From Acaryochloris thomasi RCC1774 (GTDB lineage Bacteria; Cyanobacteriota; Cyanobacteriia; Thermosynechococcales; Thermosynechococcaceae), in NCBI RefSeq assembly GCF_003231495.1, contig NZ_PQWO01000007.1, positions 180,001-212,000 of the forward strand: 32,000 bases of DNA, given 5' to 3'. The notes beneath the pieces were generated by a model. It was not told the origin of the DNA and did not search any database. It saw only the letters and a list, made by a program, of their open reading frames with translations. The translations under genes were made by a program, and so were the position numbers. Positions 9,352 to 15,525 of this stretch are shown piece after piece (within the stretch, counting starts at the first letter, position 1; each line of letters begins with the position of its first letter).

Positions 9352-10341
9352 TTACTCATTCCCTGAAGAACGGGCCTGCCGCTTGATGGGAGGCTCAATG
9401 GTGCGTGGCCCCCTCTTCGGTGCAGTTACCGGCTTACCGTGACCTACCCGGGGTGCGTCTGATTTCTTCTTAGGATGTGGAGACCCAGACTTTTTGCGTT
9501 TCTTCAGGGGGACCATGGCCACGGAGGTGCCAGCTGTGATGGCTAGGGCGTTGCCTTGGCGTTGGACCTGTAGATCCCAGAAGTAGCCAATGGGCTGCCC
9601 TTCAAGAGTCCCCAGCAGCTTGAGCTTGAAGTCTTTAGGGCGATCAGAGCTTTTGCGCGGTGCCTGCTGAATCTTGACCAGTACAAACTGCTTCTCCGGC
9701 GAGTGAAAGACGACTTGGCCCCGCACTGAGAAGTAGCCATCTTGAAGGGGGGCTGCTAATCCAGCGCTATTGGCTGTGTTGGTTTCGGATGGCTCATCAG
9801 CTGACTCTTCTTCTGCCCCAAATCCTTCATCTGACCAGACACCTACTATTTGGACGTGTAGGGTCTCTTGTTTGTCACGGGTTCTGGGATAAACCACCCA
9901 AAGGTAGGGTTGCTCTAAATCGAGATACTTTTTGACGAGGCTCATGACCTGCCCTAGCAGGACTGCATCTAAATGCGTCCCGTCTTCCGTGACGAGGGTC
10001 CCTCGATTGAATTGTTCCTCTGATGGCTTGTACGTGCCCCGTACAAGCCCAATGGCCCGATACTGCATTGGCTCACTGGGAGAGGGAATGGGCTGTTGTG
10101 CACCCAAGTCGGCGGTTGAGCTGTCGTCTGGAATAGGGGTGGTGGCTTCTGCGGGTGTCTCAGACTCCGGCTGCGGCTCCGGTGGTGTGGGGCGACGAGG
10201 GCGATGCAGAAGGATCTCGCTGGCCGTGTGTCCTTTCGAGCCACCTGTCTTTTTTATATCCGGTGCCTGTGGAGACACAGCACTGGAGCGGTCCTTCTGT
10301 GAAGGATCAGTAAATTTAGAAGACTGTTCGGAGGAACTCAT
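9352..10341 (-). CDS. hypothetical protein: Pro/Ser/Glu-rich disordered N-terminus, two globular segments, Lys/Arg/Pro-rich C-terminal tail
   Basis: 329-aa ORF. The globular-looking core runs from YRAIGLVRGTYKPSEEQFNRGTLVTEDG to LWVVYPRT and LHVQIVGVW, then GYFSVRGQVVFHSPEKQFVLVKIQ. The tail is KKRKKSGSPHPKKKSDAPRVGHGKPVTAPKRGPR. I cannot assign a family. The start codon is uncertain. Confidence 0.65.
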   Translation of the reverse strand: MSSSEQSSKFTDPSQKDRSSAVSPQAPDIKKTGGSKGHTASEILLHRPRRPTPPEPQPESETPAEATTPIPDDSSTADLGAQQPIPSPSEPMQYRAIGLVRGTYKPSEEQFNRGTLVTEDGTHLDAVLLGQVMSLVKKYLDLEQPYLWVVYPRTRDKQETLHVQIVGVWSDEGFGAEEESADEPSETNTANSAGLAAPLQDGYFSVRGQVVFHSPEKQFVLVKIQQAPRKSSDRPKDFKLKLLGTLEGQPIGYFWDLQVQRQGNALAITAGTSVAMVPLKKRKKSGSPHPKKKSDAPRVGHGKPVTAPKRGPRTIEPPIKRQARSSGNE

Positions 10342-10375
10342 AGGTATTGCAGACTGATCAACCGGACTATTGCAT

Positions 10376-10397
10376 GGGTTTGTTGTGGGTTTGTTTT
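10376..10397. repeat. tandem 11-mer (GGGTTTGTTGT / GGGTTTGTTTT)
   Basis: Two adjacent copies with 10 of 11 identical bases. On the minus strand this is a CA-rich element (AAAACAAACCC ACAACAAACCC), 35-56 nt upstream of the start of the 329-aa ORF. Confidence 0.5.
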
Positions 10398-10588
10398 ACC
10401 ATCCTAACTGGGGAATAGCTAAAACACTAACTTGAACGGAGGAACACAGCTTGGCCACAGCGATTCTAAAATAGACCAGGTTTTGCAATTTCTTTGCATG
10501 ATAAATAATTGTAATTGATGCGCTGGTGTAACAACAGGATCGAATTGTATCTAGCAATAAATGAGATTGAAACAGATCTTAGGACAAT

Positions 10589-11581
10589 CTATCCATTTTC
10601 CAGAGTTTCTTCAATTGATAAATGTAAGCCGTTGGCGAAATCCCAGCCAGACTGACGTTTTTTGCCAGATAGCTGTACTGTTTTTAGCAAAAGATATCCC
10701 TCTCCTGTTTGGATGATAGGGCCTTTATTCTTGGCGATGGACACAACATCCCCTGGTACTTTGTTGACGAGCTGTTCAAGAGCTGGGAGCGATCTGCTTC
10801 CGCTCAATAGTGGGGTGCCTTGGGCGTCGAAGGGGACTGTCGCAGTGATTTTAAGGGGCTGTCCTCGAAAGCTAGCTATGCAGAATGGGAAAAAACCGCG
10901 CACCTGATTATGGAGTAACAGGGCTGGGTTGGCCCAGTCTAAGCGAAAATCGTCTTTCTTGATCAGACGTGCATAGGTTGCTTGCGCTTCATCTTGGGGG
11001 ATGGGAACAATCGTGTGTTTCTCCAGTTGGGTTAGGGTCTCTACCAATAGATTCCCAGAGAGTTGTGATAGCCTTTCTGCAAGCTCGTGGGCGTTCTCAA
11101 AAGGATCAATATTAGTGGTTGACTTCAACAACATATCCCCCGTGTCCATGCCGACATCCATCAACATTGTTGTTAGGCCCGTGGCTTTTTGACCGTCATG
11201 TAAAGCCCATTGAATAGGGGCTGCACCTCGATAAGCTGGCAGTAGGGATCCATGACTGTTAATGCAGCCTAAACGAGGAATGGCGAGTATCTCCGGGGAC
11301 AGGATTTGGCCGTAAGCAACAACGATGAATGCATCGACGGGTTGCGATCGCAACACCTCCAGCGTCTCCGCATCTTTTTTGACAGAATGCGGCTGCCATA
11401 CCGGCAAACCATGCTTTAACGCTGTTTCTTTGACAGCTGAGGGAAGCAACTGCTTCCCCCGTCCTCGTCGCCGATCGGGTTGAGTGACAGCTCCCAAAAC
11501 CTCAATATCTGGCTCTTCAAGCAAGCGTACAAGACTTGGTACAGCAAATTGAGGCGTTCCCCAAAAAATGAGCTTAATCAC
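10589..11581 (-). CDS. fmt: methionyl-tRNA formyltransferase
   Basis: 330-aa ORF with a GTG start. Motifs: IFWGTPQFAVPSL, the formyltransferase motif NSHGSLLPAYRGAAPIQWAL, and a C-terminal Fmt domain. Confidence 0.93.
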   Translation of the reverse strand: MIKLIFWGTPQFAVPSLVRLLEEPDIEVLGAVTQPDRRRGRGKQLLPSAVKETALKHGLPVWQPHSVKKDAETLEVLRSQPVDAFIVVAYGQILSPEILAIPRLGCINSHGSLLPAYRGAAPIQWALHDGQKATGLTTMLMDVGMDTGDMLLKSTTNIDPFENAHELAERLSQLSGNLLVETLTQLEKHTIVPIPQDEAQATYARLIKKDDFRLDWANPALLLHNQVRGFFPFCIASFRGQPLKITATVPFDAQGTPLLSGSRSLPALEQLVNKVPGDVVSIAKNKGPIIQTGEGYLLLKTVQLSGKKRQSGWDFANGLHLSIEETLENG

Positions 11582-11645
11582 ACCGTTATTCCTATTAAAA
11601 TCTGCTGCAAAGCTTATTATAAATACTTTTCAGAATATCGATGGA

Positions 11646-12488
11646 CTAAACGTCAACTTCCTCCGTAGCCTCGTCGGCTCCCTTAAGCAGGTGTCGCAGC
11701 GCCGTCAATCCTTTCTTGACCTGCCGAGAAACCGTGACCGCACTGATTCCTAAACGCTCTGCGGTTTCTTTCTGAGTCAAATCGTACAGAAAGACAAACT
11801 CCAGTACCTGAGACGTTCGCTTTTCCAGCTTTGCTAAAGCCTGCTGAACCCGAATCTGATCTTCTTGAGCCAGTTGGAAACTTCGATAGTGGCCATCCGT
11901 TAACAGATCGCCCAAAGACGTTGACTCACTCTCAGCCTGCTGAATAGGCATATCTAAACTGAGGGGCGAACGGTTAGACATCGCTACCTTGGCCTCCTGC
12001 CATTCCGTCAGCGAAATGCCCAACGCTTCAACAACCTCAGCCTCGGTTGGTTGTCGCTGCAGATTGTCCCGCATCCGATGTGTGACCTGAGCTGCCTGTC
12101 GCTGCAGCTCCTGCCATCGGCGTGGAATCCGAACCTGCGGACTCTTATCCCGTAGATAGTGCTGAATCTCACCTCGAATATAGGGCGTTGCAAAGGAACT
12201 GAACGCACTACCCTTTGTTAGATCGAATCTCTCAATCGCCTGAATTAAACCAAAGCAACCGACCTGTAGCAAGTCCTCAAAATTTTCTCCCGAATTGTGG
12301 ACCCATCGATGAGCTTCTTTGCGCACCAACCCCAAGTTCATCTGCACTAACTTGTTTCGGACCTGTGTACTGGGATTAGACTGATAGCCCTGCAGAAGTT
12401 GTAGACTTTCGCTCTTAAGCTCTTGAGTGCAGGTTGAAAGCATGCGTGTAAGTAATAGATGAACTGATCGATCGGAAATTATTACCAT
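11646..12488 (-). CDS. sigF: RNA polymerase sigma-70 family factor, group 3 (SigF-like)
   Basis: 280-aa ORF with region 2 (LLQVGCFGLIQAIERFD, FATPYIRGEIQHYLRD), region 3, and the region 4 HTH (QKETAERLGISAVTVSRQVKKGL). It lacks the long region 1 of group 1/2 sigmas. An alternative start is Met16 (12443). Confidence 0.85.
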   Translation of the reverse strand: MVIISDRSVHLLLTRMLSTCTQELKSESLQLLQGYQSNPSTQVRNKLVQMNLGLVRKEAHRWVHNSGENFEDLLQVGCFGLIQAIERFDLTKGSAFSSFATPYIRGEIQHYLRDKSPQVRIPRRWQELQRQAAQVTHRMRDNLQRQPTEAEVVEALGISLTEWQEAKVAMSNRSPLSLDMPIQQAESESTSLGDLLTDGHYRSFQLAQEDQIRVQQALAKLEKRTSQVLEFVFLYDLTQKETAERLGISAVTVSRQVKKGLTALRHLLKGADEATEEVDV

Positions 12489-12522
12489 GGAGAGGCCCTC
12501 TATTAACCGATAGAGCCTTCTC
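12489..12522 (-). promoter_or_regulatory. hairpin abutting the sigma-factor start codon (possible translational control element)
   Basis: The minus strand reads GAGAAGG-CUCUAU-cgguua-AUAGAG-GGCCUCUCC directly followed by AUG (12488). There is a perfect 6-bp inner stem plus an imperfect outer stem. It would bury the purine-rich AGAGGG upstream of the AUG. Confidence 0.3.
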
Positions 12523-12620
12523 TAAGATTAGAAATCTCGGTCACAATAAGCATCAGCAAAATTACTGATTTCTCATCTGAAGCTCTACACCGCTAGTCTT
12601 CATGCTGCATTTTCCCCACG

Positions 12621-12669
12621 CCAAAAATGCAAAAAACGACTGAGAGAATACTGAACTCTCCCAGTCGTT
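12621..12669 (-). terminator. rho-independent terminator downstream of psbO
   Basis: The minus strand reads AACGACUGGGAGAG-uucaguauu-CUCUCAGUCGUU followed by UUUUGCAUUUUUGG. The hairpin spans 12635-12669 and starts 35 nt after the psbO stop. Confidence 0.8.
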
Positions 12670-12703
12670 GAAAATACCGAAGCTATAGTCGAACTCAGAA
12701 GAA

Positions 12704-13507
12704 CTACTCTACTCGGCCGTAAACAATACCTTCAATTCTGACTTCAAGCGGGTCAACAGCACCTAAATCAGAGTCTGCAAACTGCTCGCTTGCAAAAGTT
12801 CCCGTGAACTCACCAGTTTCACTATCAACGGCTGAGACGTTCAGTGCAATCTCACCCTTCGACACGTCAAAACGTTTTGCATTGGCGCGATTTAGTTCAT
12901 CAGCATCAGCGCCTGCAGGTATCGCAACTGCATTGTCGTAACCCGCCGCAACACCTCGTCCCTTGGGATCAAGGAAGTTTGATGTTCGGTAAGAAGGAAC
13001 CGTATATTGTCCTTCAAACGCCGTACCTGGCTCAATAGAGCTACCGCTTGCCTCTGCAACTAGCTGTTTAACTGTAAACAGCATAGGAACCCGCTCACCG
13101 TTAGGAATCTGAACAGTGATGGCCTGAAAATCAATTCCATCTTTTTCTGTGAAAGTAAGACCGCTTCCACTAGAAGAAAGCGGACCTGACACTGATTCCA
13201 GCGTCGTGGTGAATCGAGTCATCACGTTTGCCGTGACAAACTCAGCCTCTCTGCGAGCATTCTTAGGTTCTTCCTTTACATAGAAAGAAGTTGGATGCAT
13301 ACACAGATCAACGATGGACTGACCTGAACTCACTGATATGGAGCCACTGGTGTCACCCACTAAGCTTGGGCAGTTATCAGCAAGGCCAGTATTTTTGACT
13401 TGGTCGTAGGTTAGACCAGCCGGGGTAACAGCTAAAGCAGTCTGAGTAGCTGCAAACATCCCTAAACAAACTGCAAAGAATGCAACAATTAAAGCGCGAA
13501 ATCTCAT
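12704..13507 (-). CDS. psbO: photosystem II manganese-stabilising protein PsbO
   Basis: 267-aa ORF with a signal peptide (MRFRALIVAFFAVCLGMFAATQTALA) followed by the PsbO hallmark LTYDQVKNTGLADNCP. PsbO-like beta-barrel sequence continues throughout (FTVKQLVA, YRTSNFLDPKGRG). Confidence 0.93.
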   Translation of the reverse strand: MRFRALIVAFFAVCLGMFAATQTALAVTPAGLTYDQVKNTGLADNCPSLVGDTSGSISVSSGQSIVDLCMHPTSFYVKEEPKNARREAEFVTANVMTRFTTTLESVSGPLSSSGSGLTFTEKDGIDFQAITVQIPNGERVPMLFTVKQLVAEASGSSIEPGTAFEGQYTVPSYRTSNFLDPKGRGVAAGYDNAVAIPAGADADELNRANAKRFDVSKGEIALNVSAVDSETGEFTGTFASEQFADSDLGAVDPLEVRIEGIVYGRVE

Positions 13508-14039
13508 TGATTACCCTCAGTATCAAAAGTATGTAAATATCTAGTACCAGCTTCGAGAGGGGCACCCCTACTGCAACCTGATATGAGAAGAAGTTCAGCC
13601 TTCAGTCCAATAATAATTTCTATCAGTAATGGCACATCACGGGTACTACAAAATAAATGTAACGACCGGTGACAAACTCCATGCTCTACAGCAGAGCTGT
13701 ACCAATACGATGGTCTTTGACCGGCTTTCGGCCATCGTAAAAGAGGGTTACAAACGCATGACTTTGGCTGATGTGTAGAACACCAAAGGGTAAAAGGTAT
13801 TCACTCAAAGGACAAAGTAGGGTTCGCTCTCTCTTAAAGCATTGTACACGGGGTTGTCGCCTTTACCGTGACTGGGTCTAGAAAACAAATATCTAACCCC
13901 ATTCATGCAGCTTCGCTAGTGGGCTTTCATGACTTTGCAAAACTTAATGATATGTGAATTCTGCTAATGTGTGGGTCCAGCTTTATGGTTCTGTTCAGAT
14001 ATCATTCGGTCTGATTAGAAATGAGATTTGAATCGTCAA

Positions 14040-14954
14040 TTAGTCTAGTGAAATCGGAAAGGTCCAATCCTGATAGGTCGGATCCCGGTTTTCAGTGATG
14101 GCCGTCAACTTGTCTCTCAGTTTTTGCGTGAGGGGATTGTTGCTGGGCAGAACAAAGTTCTCGACCCGCTTGACCGGCGTAACTTTGGCCGCCGTTCCAC
14201 TGAGAAACACTTCGTCTGCAATAATCAGCTCTGACTTATCGATGGGGCGCTCCACTACTTCTAAGCCAATGTCACGGGCGAGCTGAATGAGGCTATCGCG
14301 GGTAATGCCTTCCAGGATGTCTTGATCGGTGGGGGGAGTGAAAATGCGTCCCTGTCTAATCACAAAAATGTTCATGCCCGAGGCCTCGCTGACCTTGCCC
14401 TGGGTATTCATTAAAATAGCTTCATCAAAGCCTGACTCTACGGCCTCAGTTTTAGCCAGTGAAGATGTGATGTAAGCACCACTGATCTTGCCTCTGAGCG
14501 GTAGACTACGGTCTTCCTGCCGTAGCCACGAGCTGATGCGGCAGCTCACACCGTCTGGTGACAGATAATCTCCCAACTCAATGCCATAAATAAAGAAGCT
14601 TTTTTCAATTTTGTGCAATCGTGGCGCAATCCCCAGATCAGAGGTATAGACAAAGGGGCGAATATAGAAGGGGTTCTGAGGCTGATTCTGGTGCACAAAT
14701 TCAGTAATTGCTTTTTGGATTTGCTCAGCAGGCAACTCGTAGTGGAGAAACTGGGCACTCTGGCTCAGGCGTTGACAATGGCGATCAAGTCTAAACAGCA
14801 AAATCTCGCGTGGATTTTGCGGATTGGGCAGACCCCGCATCCCTCCGAAGGCGCCTGTCCCATAGTGCAGGGCATGGGTTGCAATGGAGATATTGGCCTC
14901 TGCAAACGGAACAAATTTTTCTTGAAAGTAAGCGATGGGGAGGAAATTGTCCAT
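14040..14954 (-). CDS. ilvE: branched-chain amino acid aminotransferase (class IV)
   Basis: 304-aa ORF with fold-type IV aminotransferase blocks: ALHYGTGAFGGMR, YIRPFVY, GKVSEASGMNIFVIRQGRIFTPP, ILEGITRDS, EVFLSGTAAKVTPV. Confidence 0.9.
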   Translation of the reverse strand: MDNFLPIAYFQEKFVPFAEANISIATHALHYGTGAFGGMRGLPNPQNPREILLFRLDRHCQRLSQSAQFLHYELPAEQIQKAITEFVHQNQPQNPFYIRPFVYTSDLGIAPRLHKIEKSFFIYGIELGDYLSPDGVSCRISSWLRQEDRSLPLRGKISGAYITSSLAKTEAVESGFDEAILMNTQGKVSEASGMNIFVIRQGRIFTPPTDQDILEGITRDSLIQLARDIGLEVVERPIDKSELIIADEVFLSGTAAKVTPVKRVENFVLPSNNPLTQKLRDKLTAITENRDPTYQDWTFPISLD

Positions 14955-15442
14955 AAATCTAAGGGTGGCAGTGGGCTGTTCTCAGCCTATTGGACGGCAG
15001 AGGTGATGGCAACCACAACAGAATATAGATTCTGTCGCAGATGGATACTCTCTCTCAAGTGATATCCCAGATGTTCTGTGCTGCCTTTTTTCTTCGGTTT
15101 TTCCACTGTTTAGACCATCAACTTGCAGAAATATCGATGTTTATACGGATGCTGATCTCAACGCCAGTCTTTAAGCTGGGGATGTAATTGTGACAGTGCA
15201 AAATAAATGTGTTCGCCAAATGAGTTGCAGGGCAATTAGCTTGTTGCTGAGCTGTTTTCGGGCTGTCAAGGGTAGCGATATCAATCTTTAGTGATTAAAA
15301 GAATTTAAGACTCATGAGTGAGTTTGTGTCACTGCTCCCATGATTCTGCGAATACTAGCGCCTGTAAAAATCTACGCTGTCATTCTCTGAAAGAAGAGAT
15401 CTTGGTCGTGTTTCCCATGGAAAAAATGTGGATATTTCAAGT

Positions 15443-15472
15443 GCCCCTTATGCATCTCATTGGGGCGTTTTT
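15443..15472 (+). terminator. terminator-like hairpin in the leader of the FHA-GGDEF-EAL gene (attenuator or sRNA 3' end?)
   Basis: GCCCC (15443-15447) pairs with GGGGC (15462-15466), with an inner AUG/CAU helix, followed by GUUUUUGGG. It lies 54 nt upstream of the TTG start at 15526 and inside a 26-codon ORF (15417-15497). Confidence 0.3.
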
Positions 15473-15525
15473 GGGCATCTTAAGACAAGAGAGATGAATC
15501 TATCGCTGCTAAGCACACCTTACTT

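Noticed and set aside
9932-10357. 141-aa plus-strand ORF and 91-aa alternative-frame ORF overlapping the 5' third of the 329-aa gene
   Set aside because: The long open alternative frames probably result from the low-complexity, GC-rich, Pro/Ser/Glu-coding sequence. I kept the 329-aa frame because it continues into a globular-looking domain. The true start remains uncertain.
13646-13663. HLR1-like (RpaB) element GTTACATT-TA-TTTTGTAG on the minus strand upstream of psbO
   Set aside because: Only the first 8-mer matches the (G/T)TTACA(T/A)(T/A) repeat. The second repeat is too degenerate to call.
15310-15333. 10-bp perfect palindrome ACTCATGAGT followed by AGTGA-N7-TCACT, resembling a CRP/SyCRP1 site upstream of the c-di-GMP gene
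   Set aside because: The half-site spacing is 7 rather than the canonical 6, and each half matches only 4 of 5 positions. The palindrome alone is within chance expectation for a 570-bp AT-rich spacer.
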